Below are positions 1-9,647 of a stretch of DNA of 64,000 nt, piece after piece. The translations under genes and the position numbers were made by a program. This DNA is from an uncultured SAR86 cluster bacterium (GTDB lineage: Bacteria > Pseudomonadota > Gammaproteobacteria > Magnimaribacterales > AG-339-G14). How positions within the stretch are numbered: position 1 is the first letter of the stretch; every line of letters begins with the position of its first letter. Where the stretch lies: positions 6,568 to 70,567 of the forward strand of contig CACAWS010000004.1 in NCBI GenBank assembly GCA_902536295.1. Direction: 5' to 3'. The notes below the pieces were generated by a model. It made no database searches, was not told the origin of the DNA, and saw only the letters and a program-made list of their open reading frames with translations.

Positions 1-2
1 GA

Positions 3-563
3 ATCCATATTGCTACTAACAAAAATGATATCCTGCATAGACTATTTTCATCAGGTATATATTCCAAAAATAAAACAATTAAGTCATTAGCACCAAGTAT
101 GGATATATCTGTAGCTAGTAATTTTGAAAGATTAATGGTTGATGTTTTAAATGAAGATAGAGCAAAAGTTAGCGAACTTATGAATAACTTTCCAGAGAAC
201 TCAATTGACTTTAATAATTTGAAACATTGGAAAAAAATAAATTCCTTCTTCACAAGTAGCAAAACAGAAGATCAAGAAATAAAAGAGTGTGTCAAAAAGG
301 TTGTCTCTGAAACAGGATATCTAATAGATCCCCACACGGCTACTGCAGTAAGCGGAAGTCCTTCAATTCAAAATGAAAGTATTTTGACTTTTGCAACAGC
401 TCATCCTGCAAAATTTCCGGAAGTTTTTAACGATGTCGAAGGCTTCGAAGAAAACATTCCATTAGAATTAAAAAATATTTTTGAAAAACAGCAAAAATTT
501 GTAAAACTAAATAATAAATATGAAGATATAGCTGATTTTATTTCATCCAATTATGCTAGTTAA
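3..563 (+). CDS. thrC: threonine synthase, C-terminal part (5' end outside window)
   Basis: Frame 3 is open from base 3 (IHIATNKNDILHRLFSSGIYSK...) and continues into listed ORF 99..563. DPHTATAV and ATAHPAKFPEVF are typical of the threonine synthase C-terminal domain. Confidence 0.8.
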   Translation: MHIATNKNDILHRLFSSGIYSKNKTIKSLAPSMDISVASNFERLMVDVLNEDRAKVSELMNNFPENSIDFNNLKHWKKINSFFTSSKTEDQEIKECVKKVVSETGYLIDPHTATAVSGSPSIQNESILTFATAHPAKFPEVFNDVEGFEENIPLELKNIFEKQQKFVKLNNKYEDIADFISSNYAS

Positions 564-568
564 TATTT

Positions 569-1664
569 ATGACGGATAGATCGTTACAAGAGAGATTAAA
601 AGAATCAAAAGCCGAGCTTAATGATTTAAGGGGGTTTCTTTGACTATGAGTCGAAGCAGAAACGACTTGAGTCAATAAAAAAAGAATTTGAAAACCCTGA
701 ACTTTGGAAAAATCAGGAAAAAAGCCAATCTTTAGGAAAGGAAAAGTCGTCTTTAGAAAAATTAATAAGTTCCCTTGACGAGTTAGAAAGCTCTCTAAAT
801 GATCTTGATGAACTCTTAATTCTTTTAGAGAAGGAAGATGACAAAGATGAAATACAATCTTTGTCAAATGAATTAAGTAATGTCGAACTTAAGATTTCAG
901 ACCTTCAATTTCAAAGAATGTTTTCTGGGAAAAATGACTCAAATAATGCTTTTCTCGATATACAGGCTGGCTCTGGAGGAACCGAAGCACAGGATTGGGC
1001 TGAAATGTTATTAAGGATGTATCTTATGTGGGGGGAAAAGAAAAATTTTAAAACTGAATTAATTGAGGTTTCACCGGGAGAGGTAGCTGGCATCAAAAGT
1101 GCGACAATAAGATTTGAAGGAGAATTTAGCTACGGCTGGTTAAGAACTGAATCTGGAGTTCACAGATTGGTAAGAAAATCGCCTTTTGATTCAGGAAGCA
1201 GGAGGCATACTTCTTTTGCTTCCATATTTATATCTCCTGAGATTGAAGACAATATTGAGATAAATATCGATCCCTCAGATATTAGAATTGATACTTATAG
1301 AGCTAGTGGAGCGGGCGGTCAACATGTCAACAAGACCGATTCAGCTGTAAGATTAACTCATGAGCCAACGGGTGTAGTTGTTCAATGTCAGTCTGATAGG
1401 TCACAACATAAAAATAAAGATAGGGCAATGAAACAATTAAGAGCTAAACTCTACGAATTAGAATTAAAAAAACAAGACGAAGCAATGAAAAATTTAGAAG
1501 AAACTAAAGCTGACATCTCGTGGGGTAGTCAAATTAGGTCATACGTCTTAGATTCTGGAAGAATAAAAGACTTGAGAACAGGAACTGAAACTGGAAATTG
1601 TTCTGCAGTTTTGGATGGCAATATTGATATTTTTATAGAAGAAAGTTTAAAGGCTGGAGTTTAA
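569..1664 (+). CDS. prfB: peptide chain release factor 2, expressed through a programmed +1 frameshift
   Basis: ATG at 569 reads [24 protein letters not shown], then an in-frame TGA at 641-643. Shifting +1 at CTT TGA C joins the frame that is open from 642 ([22 protein letters not shown]...) and contains listed ORF 861..1664. The SPF (RKSPFDS) and GGQ ([11 protein letters not shown]) motifs are present. Confidence 0.93.
629..644 (+). promoter_or_regulatory. RF2 autoregulatory frameshift site (internal SD-like AGGGGG, slippery CTT, TGA C)
   Basis: The sequence AGGGGG TTT CTT TGA C is read directly. It has the same architecture as the E. coli prfB site (AGGGGG TAT CTT TGA C). Confidence 0.9.
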
Positions 1665-1666
1665 TT

Positions 1667-3121
1667 ATGTCGGATTCTCAAGATGAAAATCATTTAATTG
1701 AAGAGAGAAAGATGAAGCTTGAGTCTCTAAAGGACCAGGGAATAAATTATCCTAATGACTTTAGAAGATCAAATTTATCAAAATCTTTAGTGGATGAATT
1801 TACTAAATTTAATAAGGAAGAGTTGATAGGCAAAAATATTGAAGTTTCAGTAGCAGGAAGAATAATGCTTAAAAGAGTCATGGGGAAAGCAAGCTTTTGT
1901 ACGATTCAGGATATGACAGGAAGAATTCAGCTTTATTTGAGAAAAGATGCACTCGATAATTACGAAATTTTTAAAGACAGCGACTTAGGAGATATTGTCG
2001 GTGTTAAAGGAACGTTATTCAAAACTAACACCGGAGAGCTATCTGTTCAAGTTAGTGAGTTTAATTTATTAACTAAATCTTTAAAGCCTCTTCCAGAAAA
2101 GCACCTTGGGCTATCAGACGTTGAAACAAAGTATAGAAAAAGATATTTAGATTTATTAACGAATCCTGAAACTCGAGAAGTATTTGAAATCAGAAGCAAA
2201 GTAATAAACGAAATTAGACAATTTTTAATAAATGATGGTTTTACTGAAGTGGAGACTCCAATGATGCATTCAATCCCAGGTGGAGCAAGTGCAAAACCGT
2301 TTGTTACACACCACAATGCTTTGGATATGGATTTGTTCTTAAGAATTGCGCCAGAGCTTTACTTAAAAAGGCTTGTTGTTGGAGGAATGGAAAAAGTTTT
2401 TGAAATTAATAGAAATTTTAGAAATGAAGGTTTATCTACAAAACATAATCCAGAATTCACTATGCTAGAGTTTTATACAGCATTTGTAGATTATCAATAT
2501 CAAATGGATTTTACAGAGAACATGCTCAGAGAAATAGAAAATTTGTCAGGAATAAATACTAAGATCTTTTCTAAAGAATTTGAAAGACTGTCTATGGATG
2601 AGTCGATTGTAAAACACAACTCTTTGAATAATGAAGATTTAAAAGATATAGATGTTTTAAAAAAATTCTGTGATAAAAATTCAATTAAACTTGAGGGTGT
2701 CAATACGGTTGGAAATATCAAGAACATTATTTTTGAAACAACTGTAGAAGAAAATCTAATAAAACCAACTTTTATTTATAATTATCCAATAGAAATATCT
2801 CCACTAGCGAGGTCCTTAGATAAAGACGGTTCAATTGCGGAAAGGTTTGAGCTTTTTGTAAATGGAAAGGAATTAGGAAATTCTTTTTCTGAGCTGAATG
2901 ACCCAAAAGAGCAAGCTAAAAGATTTGATCTTCAGGTCGAAGAGAAGAATGCAGGAGATGAAGAAGCTATGCATTTTGATAAAGATTATATTGAGGCTCT
3001 GGAATACGGTCTGGCACCCTGTGCTGGAGTGGGTATTGGCATAGATAGATTAATTATGCTTCTTTCAGGGAGAGAAAGCATTCGAGATGTCGTGCTATTT
3101 CCGCAGCTAAAAAACAAGTAG
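1667..3121 (+). CDS. lysS: lysine--tRNA ligase, class II
   Basis: 484 aa with an OB-fold N-terminal region, a class II core (FRNEG, ELFVNGKELGNSFSELNDP) and a C-terminal GIGIDRL. It starts 2 bp after prfB, as in the enterobacterial prfB-lysS pair. Confidence 0.93.
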   Translation: MSDSQDENHLIEERKMKLESLKDQGINYPNDFRRSNLSKSLVDEFTKFNKEELIGKNIEVSVAGRIMLKRVMGKASFCTIQDMTGRIQLYLRKDALDNYEIFKDSDLGDIVGVKGTLFKTNTGELSVQVSEFNLLTKSLKPLPEKHLGLSDVETKYRKRYLDLLTNPETREVFEIRSKVINEIRQFLINDGFTEVETPMMHSIPGGASAKPFVTHHNALDMDLFLRIAPELYLKRLVVGGMEKVFEINRNFRNEGLSTKHNPEFTMLEFYTAFVDYQYQMDFTENMLREIENLSGINTKIFSKEFERLSMDESIVKHNSLNNEDLKDIDVLKKFCDKNSIKLEGVNTVGNIKNIIFETTVEENLIKPTFIYNYPIEISPLARSLDKDGSIAERFELFVNGKELGNSFSELNDPKEQAKRFDLQVEEKNAGDEEAMHFDKDYIEALEYGLAPCAGVGIGIDRLIMLLSGRESIRDVVLFPQLKNK

Positions 3122-3123
3122 CT

Positions 3124-4425
3124 TTAATCTAAGTTAATCCAACTACCATGAAATCCAAAAGGCACTCTTGATGGCAATTGAATTCGCGCTAGAGGCTCTT
3201 CGGAAAAATTTTCTGCATCTATAATTATGAACTCGCTTTTATCTACTTCTTGATCATATACAAATCCAACAACATATCCTGAATCTTCTGATGTTTGATC
3301 TATTTTCGGAATAAAAACTGGTTCAGCCCCTTTTTTATGTTCACCTAAATGATGAACTTCATTTCGATCTTTCAAGAAATCATATTTAAATAAATTATTT
3401 AATGCACCATCGTTTAAGATATAACTAAATCTATACTCTTTTCCTTCTAAATCAGGATGAATTCTTGCAAACTCCATTGGTCTGTCATCAAGAAGTTTTT
3501 CAACACAAGTTTCTTTGATTGTGTCAATTTCCCATCTTGTCAAAAAGGGTTTTTTTCCAAAGGGGAGAGGGTTATTAAAATCAAAAAGTTTGTCGTATCT
3601 ACAAAAATCTAGAATAACTTTACCTGAACTGTCTTCATAGGAATTTACTACATGAAAAAGAAAGCAATTAGGCACTTCAATCCATTTTATTTCATTTGTA
3701 TTTCTATTCAAAAGCCCCAACTTTGAAGAGTAATTATCATCCCAAACTACTGGATAATCCGAGGCGTTTTCATCTTTATTTCTTCTGCTAGTATTAAATG
3801 TGACCGGAAGGTCAAAGATAAGAACATAATTATTTGTAATAGCACAATCATGAATCATTGGTTTTGAATTCAATACAATTGGAAGATCAGTCGTAATTTC
3901 TCCTGAACCATCGACAACACGGTAATGCACTTGGTTAACATCTGATAAATATTCTGAAAAATCATAGCTTATAGCGTGTAATTCGTTTTTAGAAGAATCG
4001 AATTTTGGATGTGCAGTAAACCTTTTATTATCATTCTTTGGGAATGGAATTTGATCGGTGAAATTTAAATCATTATCTAGAATAACCGGAGAAACTCCTC
4101 CTTCAACTAATGCATAAATTTTTCCTGCATGTTTTAAAACATGAGTATTAGGGCCAAAGCCAAAAGATGATTCCACATATCTGTTTTTATACCAATGAGC
4201 CTTTCCATCTTGTATTTTTAAACCGTGGATCATACCGTCTCCAAAAAAAGGGTGATAATTCTTATGATCAATTGGCTCCTTAGGATTGGGTCCATTTCTC
4301 AAGAATAAACCATTTAATTCCATAGGTATTTCTCCAACAATATTTAGATTGTTGGAGGAAGTTTCTTCAACGGGATACCAGTTACCTTTTAAGAATACAT
4401 TTTCACTTTCTCTAAAATTTTTCAT
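3124..4425 (-). CDS. carotenoid oxygenase family protein (CCD/RPE65/apocarotenoid oxygenase-like)
   Basis: 433 aa. Four His residues sit in the contexts expected for the family iron site (FTAHPKFD, MIHDCAIT, FLFHVVNSYE, FGFHGSWI). The start codon overlaps the mdh stop (ATGA). Confidence 0.8.
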   Translation of the reverse strand: MKNFRESENVFLKGNWYPVEETSSNNLNIVGEIPMELNGLFLRNGPNPKEPIDHKNYHPFFGDGMIHGLKIQDGKAHWYKNRYVESSFGFGPNTHVLKHAGKIYALVEGGVSPVILDNDLNFTDQIPFPKNDNKRFTAHPKFDSSKNELHAISYDFSEYLSDVNQVHYRVVDGSGEITTDLPIVLNSKPMIHDCAITNNYVLIFDLPVTFNTSRRNKDENASDYPVVWDDNYSSKLGLLNRNTNEIKWIEVPNCFLFHVVNSYEDSSGKVILDFCRYDKLFDFNNPLPFGKKPFLTRWEIDTIKETCVEKLLDDRPMEFARIHPDLEGKEYRFSYILNDGALNNLFKYDFLKDRNEVHHLGEHKKGAEPVFIPKIDQTSEDSGYVVGFVYDQEVDKSEFIIIDAENFSEEPLARIQLPSRVPFGFHGSWINLD

Positions 4426-5417
4426 ATTAACTCCGAAACCGCTTCTTTTTCCTCTAATAATTCTCTAGTGGTAATTTCAAGTTTTTCCTTAGCATAAGAA
4501 TTTATTTCTAGCCCTTGAATTATTTCAATTTTACCTTCCTTGGTAGATCTTAATGGAAATCCATAAATTATACCTTCTGGCACATCATAGCTTCCATCGC
4601 TTAAAATCGCGGCGCTAAAACAGTCACCATTTTTTGTTGGGGTTAAAGTAGCTTTGACCGTCTCTATTGCGGCATTAGCTGCAGAGGCAGCTGAAGAAGC
4701 TCCCCTAGCGTCAATAATAGCTTTTCCTCGTTGCTGAACAGTTTCTAAGAAGTCATTTTTAATCCATCCTTCGTCCTTAATAATAGATGAAACGCTTTCA
4801 TTTTTTACTAATGCATTATCCAAATCAGGATACATAGTTGGGCTGTGATTACCCCATATAATCATTTGATTAATTTCAGAAATTGGAACATTTATTTTAC
4901 TTGAAACTTGAGCTTTTGCTCTATTTGCATCTAAAGCGGTCATGGCCATCCAAGTCTGACTTGCATTATTTGCATGAGTCATGCCAATTAAAGCATTTGT
5001 GTTAGCAGGATTTCCAACTACGAGAATTTTTGCATTATTTTTTCCTTTACTACCAATCGCTTTACCCTGATCAGTGAATATTCCTCCATTAATTTTTAAT
5101 AAGTCGCCGCGCTCTTCAATTTTTTTACCATTGATTGTTATTCCTCTAGGAATGCTTCCCACGAGCAAGGCCCAATCAACTTCTTCAGCCGCTTTGTAAA
5201 TATCAGAAAATGCTTCGACTTTTCCAAGAGTATTGAAGCCACAATCTTCTAATTCCATAATTGTTCCATTGAGCTTTTCTACAACTTCAGGAATCTCAAC
5301 CAAACGTAAATTTACAATAACATTGGAACCAAATGTTTCGCCACTTGCAAGTCTAGGCAGAAGAGCATAACCAATCTGACCAGCTGCACCCGTAACTAAT
5401 ACATTAATTTCTTTCAT
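4422..5417 (-). CDS. mdh: malate dehydrogenase, NAD-dependent (long, Thermus/cytosolic-type)
   Basis: 331 aa with VLVTGAAGQIGYALL (Rossmann fold), GNPANTNA and IWGNHS motifs. Confidence 0.88.
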   Translation of the reverse strand: MKEINVLVTGAAGQIGYALLPRLASGETFGSNVIVNLRLVEIPEVVEKLNGTIMELEDCGFNTLGKVEAFSDIYKAAEEVDWALLVGSIPRGITINGKKIEERGDLLKINGGIFTDQGKAIGSKGKNNAKILVVGNPANTNALIGMTHANNASQTWMAMTALDANRAKAQVSSKINVPISEINQMIIWGNHSPTMYPDLDNALVKNESVSSIIKDEGWIKNDFLETVQQRGKAIIDARGASSAASAANAAIETVKATLTPTKNGDCFSAAILSDGSYDVPEGIIYGFPLRSTKEGKIEIIQGLEINSYAKEKLEITTRELLEEKEAVSELI

Positions 5418-6955
5418 AAAATTTCCGGTTTAAAAATATTCCTCTCTGAAGTGCATATCACTTCTCCCTTGGTGCCTAATAATTCCAGTTCTGTCATTTT
5501 TTTTAATAAACTTTGATCGCCTAAAATGTTAGCAATGAATTGGGATTTGTCATCCAATTCACCAATTACGATACCATACTCTAAATTTTTTCTCCCCTGT
5601 ACGATTGTATAAGATGTTATCTTACCAAGACCGTTAGGTGTTTGATTAAAATTTTTAATTTCTCTTGAATCTATTTCTTTTTGGAGCTTTTGGAAGTTTT
5701 GATTCCAGTCAATCTCAGGAGGAGCTTTCGAGGAAAAAATATTAATTGCATGTTTAGTCAAAAACCAACTGTTAGCCGTAATCATTCCGTATTTGTTCTG
5801 ATTTTTTCTTAACTTTCTTACCATCTCTGATGAAGAAAACATTGTGTATGCATTTCCTGGCCCTCCAAAATAAGGAAGTCCTCCAGTAACTGTAAGCGGG
5901 CGATTATCGTCTAAATTTAAAGATAACTCTTTCATAGCAATCTGAACCGCAGAAGGGAAACAAGAATAAATATCAAAATAAGATATTGAATCCATTGAAA
6001 CTTGTGCCTGTGAGAGAACCTCTTCTCCACATTTTTTTATTGCTGGAGATTCGATAAGTTTCGGGCGTTTAGAAACATTCCAAATATCATTCAAAATACA
6101 TGAACCATGCAAATAAATTTTTTTCTTTTGAGAAATATTCAATTCTTTAGAAAGTTTTTCAGACATGATTATCATAGATGAAGCCATATTTACTCTGATC
6201 ATAGAATTTAAATATTTTGTGTAGGGAAAGCCTACTAATCTATTCGAATCTGTAACTTTTTCGATTTCCTCTGGCGATCGATATTTTGGAAACCATGAAT
6301 TTGAATTTTTTTCTGCTACTTTAGAAAATTTACTAAATAACTCCGAACACTCTTTTAAATGCTCTTTACTAGATTGAGATTTTTCTGATCTTAATGCATT
6401 TGCAAAAATAGGATATACATTTGAGGGAAGATCCATAAAGTGTTTTTTTTCATCTGACGAGAAACCTTCGTCGTTTATTCCAACAATTTCTGGGCTTCCT
6501 CCTGGATGATCCTCCCAGTCTAAGGGTTTTCCTGCTTTAAGTTTGGATATCATCGTTTGTAAAACCTCACCGCCAGAAATTAATGCGCATTGAACTTCAT
6601 TGTTATAGATTCTTTTAGAAACTTCTTGAATTAAAACTTGAGGGGCATTGCCTCCCATTCCCGAATATAATTCAAAGATATCTTTATTTATGTTCAATTT
6701 TTTTGCTAGCGACCTAGGAAAATTACTATATCCAAAATTTGATTGATTGGTCGCTGTAGAAAAATCCACAGAAAATCGTACAACACCGACAGCGTCTATA
6801 TAACTATGAAGATTACTTATTCCTGTATCTTGAAATGATAGTTCGCTAGCATTTACTAAGAAAGAAAGGGGATCCGGACCGTCTTCTTTCCTTCTATCTA
6901 TAATATCTGCAACTCCAACAATTACTGGGGTATTTCCTGGAATATTTAAAGTCAT
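5414..6955 (-). CDS. thiolase-like protein (SCP-x/lipid-transfer-type), with a C-terminal extension
   Basis: 513 aa. The general thiolase-fold pattern is present (GGNAPQ..., YSCFPSAV, TGGLPYFGGPGNAY). It lacks a clear classical Cys-His-Cys signature by eye. The last ~90 aa look like an extra small domain. The stop overlaps the mdh start (ATGA). Confidence 0.5.
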   Translation of the reverse strand: MTLNIPGNTPVIVGVADIIDRRKEDGPDPLSFLVNASELSFQDTGISNLHSYIDAVGVVRFSVDFSTATNQSNFGYSNFPRSLAKKLNINKDIFELYSGMGGNAPQVLIQEVSKRIYNNEVQCALISGGEVLQTMISKLKAGKPLDWEDHPGGSPEIVGINDEGFSSDEKKHFMDLPSNVYPIFANALRSEKSQSSKEHLKECSELFSKFSKVAEKNSNSWFPKYRSPEEIEKVTDSNRLVGFPYTKYLNSMIRVNMASSMIIMSEKLSKELNISQKKKIYLHGSCILNDIWNVSKRPKLIESPAIKKCGEEVLSQAQVSMDSISYFDIYSCFPSAVQIAMKELSLNLDDNRPLTVTGGLPYFGGPGNAYTMFSSSEMVRKLRKNQNKYGMITANSWFLTKHAINIFSSKAPPEIDWNQNFQKLQKEIDSREIKNFNQTPNGLGKITSYTIVQGRKNLEYGIVIGELDDKSQFIANILGDQSLLKKMTELELLGTKGEVICTSERNIFKPEIL

Positions 6956-7049
6956 TATTATTGATTTATTAAATTAAAAAATAGAAGTAATATTACTCTT
7001 TTATAAATTTTATTTTAATAAAAAAACTAGTCTGATAAGGAGAAAAAAA

Positions 7050-7955
7050 ATGTCTATAAGATTTGATGGAAAAGTTGCAATTGTTACCGGTGCAGGGGGA
7101 GGTTTAGGTAGATGTCATGCCCTCGACTTAGCTGCTAGAGGTGCAAAGGTTGTTGTAAACGATTTAGGTGGGGCTGTAGATGGTACTGGAGGTTCTATCT
7201 CAGCAGCTGAAAAAGTTGTTGAAGAAATAAAATCTGCAGGTGGAGAAGCTATGGCAAATGGAGCTAGCGTTACAGATCTCAAACAAGTCGAAGACATGGT
7301 TAAGCAAACAATTGATACGTGGGGCAGAGTTGATATCTTGGTTAATAATGCCGGTATTCTGAGGGATAAAAGTTTTTCTAAAGTTACCGATGAAGATTTT
7401 AGACTTGTTTTAGAAGTTCACCTTATGGGAACTGTAAATTGTTGTAAAGCAGTTTGGGACATAATGAAAGAACAAAATTATGGAAGAATTTTAGTTACAT
7501 CTTCTTCCAGTGGTGTTTATGGAAATTTTGGTCAAACAAATTATGGTGCAGCTAAAATGGGAGTTTTAGGTTTGATAAATACATTAAAGCTCGAAGGTGC
7601 AAAATATAATATTAAATGTAACGGGCTCACTCCTGTAGCTGGAACTAGAATGACAGAAGATTTAATGCCTCCTGAAGTAATTGAAAAAATACAACCAGAA
7701 TGCGTAAGTCCTGCTGTAACATTTATGGTTTCTGAAGATGCTCCTACAGGGGTAGTTATGGCAGCTGGCGCGGGAGTATTTGCAAGAATCATGACTTTTG
7801 AAACTATGGGTGTTTATTTTGGAACGGGAGATGAAATGAATGCAGATAGTATTGCTGAAAATTGGGAGAAAATTTCTGATATGACTGATGCAAGGCCTTG
7901 TACCGAGGGTAATAGTCAAGCTGCGAAGATGTTTGAGTTGATCAGTAAATCTTAA
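7050..7955 (+). CDS. short-chain dehydrogenase/reductase, MFE-2 (hydroxyacyl-CoA dehydrogenase)-like
   Basis: 301 aa. FDGKVAIVTGAGGGLGRCHALDLAARGAKVVVNDLGG...DG is the characteristic N-terminus of multifunctional-enzyme-2-type SDRs. The YGAAK catalytic motif is present. Confidence 0.75.
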   Translation: MSIRFDGKVAIVTGAGGGLGRCHALDLAARGAKVVVNDLGGAVDGTGGSISAAEKVVEEIKSAGGEAMANGASVTDLKQVEDMVKQTIDTWGRVDILVNNAGILRDKSFSKVTDEDFRLVLEVHLMGTVNCCKAVWDIMKEQNYGRILVTSSSSGVYGNFGQTNYGAAKMGVLGLINTLKLEGAKYNIKCNGLTPVAGTRMTEDLMPPEVIEKIQPECVSPAVTFMVSEDAPTGVVMAAGAGVFARIMTFETMGVYFGTGDEMNADSIAENWEKISDMTDARPCTEGNSQAAKMFELISKS

Positions 7956-8878
7956 GGCATTCCCGCGCTTGAATAATCTACTTCAATAGAGAAGATTTCG
8001 CCTTCTGCTTTTTTTCTGCAGATTTCTGGAGCTGAACTGTTTGCTGTGAGAATGAATAAAGTTTTTCCATCTTTACCGCCTAACATACATGCGTAAGCAT
8101 TTTTAGGAGTTTCTATTACATCTGTAATTTTCCCACCTTGCTCAAATCTTACTACAGCTGATGAGGTCGGCGATGCAATCCAAATTCCATTATTTTCATC
8201 TAGGCAGATTCCATCAGGTACATGAAAATTTTTAGCTGCAGAGCCGGATTCAGAAATTTTAATCCCTATATTTCGTAGAAACTTGATGAGAGATATTCCA
8301 AATTGTGACGAAGTATTAGCCCATTTTTTTCTATTTGTAAGCAAGCCTTTCGAATCAATATCAAAGCTCGTAAGTCTTGCTCCTAAGGTTTCCCCGACAA
8401 TTAACTTTTTTCCATCTTCAGAAATCACCGAGCCATTGGGAAAGTCTAAATTATCTGGACCTTTTTTAAACGATCCATCGGGAAAGACAATCATCAGATG
8501 AGTGCTTTTTACTTTATCTCTAGCATCAGCCATTCCAAAATTTCCAACATATGCAATCCCATCTTTCGAAACAACCATGTCGTTACACTGATATTTTACT
8601 TCTCCAGACAAATCGGCATGCACACTTAAATCTCCATTTGAAAGCTTAAGAATTTTCCTGTCTAACATGGAGACTATCAACAGGTCGCCATTAGGTAACC
8701 AACCTAATCCCGATGGTTGGTTTTTAATTTCACAGACGGTCTCAAGATTATCATTTTCATCTAATGTGAAAACTTTGTCTCCATGCATATCAGAGAACCA
8801 AAGTTTATTTTCATGCCATCTTGGACCTTCACCAAAGTAAATTCCATTGCACCTGCTTACTAAATTATTTTTGTTCAT
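7952..8878 (-). CDS. SMP-30/gluconolactonase/LRE-like beta-propeller protein
   Basis: 308 aa. GEGPRWHE near the N-terminus and the repeated PNG/PDG propeller pattern are typical of the family. Confidence 0.65.
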   Translation of the reverse strand: MNKNNLVSRCNGIYFGEGPRWHENKLWFSDMHGDKVFTLDENDNLETVCEIKNQPSGLGWLPNGDLLIVSMLDRKILKLSNGDLSVHADLSGEVKYQCNDMVVSKDGIAYVGNFGMADARDKVKSTHLMIVFPDGSFKKGPDNLDFPNGSVISEDGKKLIVGETLGARLTSFDIDSKGLLTNRKKWANTSSQFGISLIKFLRNIGIKISESGSAAKNFHVPDGICLDENNGIWIASPTSSAVVRFEQGGKITDVIETPKNAYACMLGGKDGKTLFILTANSSAPEICRKKAEGEIFSIEVDYSSAGMP

Positions 8879-9647
8879 TAATTCTTTCTAAAATCTTTGC
8901 TAATTTTTTTGGGTAGTCGGTAATAATTCCATCGACCTTACTTTTAATTAATTTTTTCATAAATTTTTTATCATTAACAGTCCAAGTAAGTACAAAAAAT
9001 TTTTCATTCTTCAATTTTTCTATGAGTTTAATTGATTGTTTAGAGTCTACGTGCAGGCTTATTCCATCTGAATTAGAATTTTTTATTTCTTCTTTTATTC
9101 TTTCCTCATCGTAATCAAATAAAGAAGGAATTAGATTTAAAGTAGCCTTTTGGGTGGGAAATTTTTTTTTAATATTTTTAATTACTGAAGGCAGGTAACA
9201 AAGAAAATGAACTTGATTTTTTTTTAGATTTGAATTTGAAATTAATTTCATTAATTGATTTAAACTTTTAGTTACGCCTTTTATTTCGATAAATATTATT
9301 TTTCGGTTTGGTAATCTTTTTAGAACTTCTTCTAATTTAGGTACTCTTTGTGTTTTAAATTTTTGTCCTTTCCATGATCCTATATCTATCTTCAACAGGG
9401 ACTTAAAAGTTGACTCTGAAATATTCTTTGTAGAACCTGATACTCTATTGAAATTATTGTCATGAGCACAAATAAATACTCCATCTTTGGTTTTTCTAAG
9501 GTCTACTTCAATTGCATCTGCATTCTCCAACCAAGCAGTTTCATAGGAAAGTATAGTATTCTCTGGGGCCTTCGAAGAGGCCCCTCTATGAGCAATTATT
9601 AGAGGGTTTTTAATCCCAGTTAAGCGCTCCACCGGTTTGATATTCAA
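8865..9647 (-). CDS. glycerophosphodiester phosphodiesterase
   Basis: 260 aa with [13 protein letters not shown] and the E.D.. motif ([12 protein letters not shown]). The listed start is a TTG that overlaps the nrdB 3' end by 38 bp, so the exact start is uncertain. Confidence 0.75.
   Translation of the reverse strand: MNIKPVERLTGIKNPLIIAHRGASSKAPENTILSYETAWLENADAIEVDLRKTKDGVFICAHDNNFNRVSGSTKNISESTFKSLLKIDIGSWKGQKFKTQRVPKLEEVLKRLPNRKIIFIEIKGVTKSLNQLMKLISNSNLKKNQVHFLCYLPSVIKNIKKKFPTQKATLNLIPSLFDYDEERIKEEIKNSNSDGISLHVDSKQSIKLIEKLKNEKFFVLTWTVNDKKFMKKLIKSKVDGIITDYPKKLAKILERINEQK

Noticed and set aside
556-867. 103-aa ORF on the minus strand
   Set aside because: It lies exactly antisense to the 5' part of prfB (frames 0 and +1), which has a far better explanation. 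It has no recognisable motifs.
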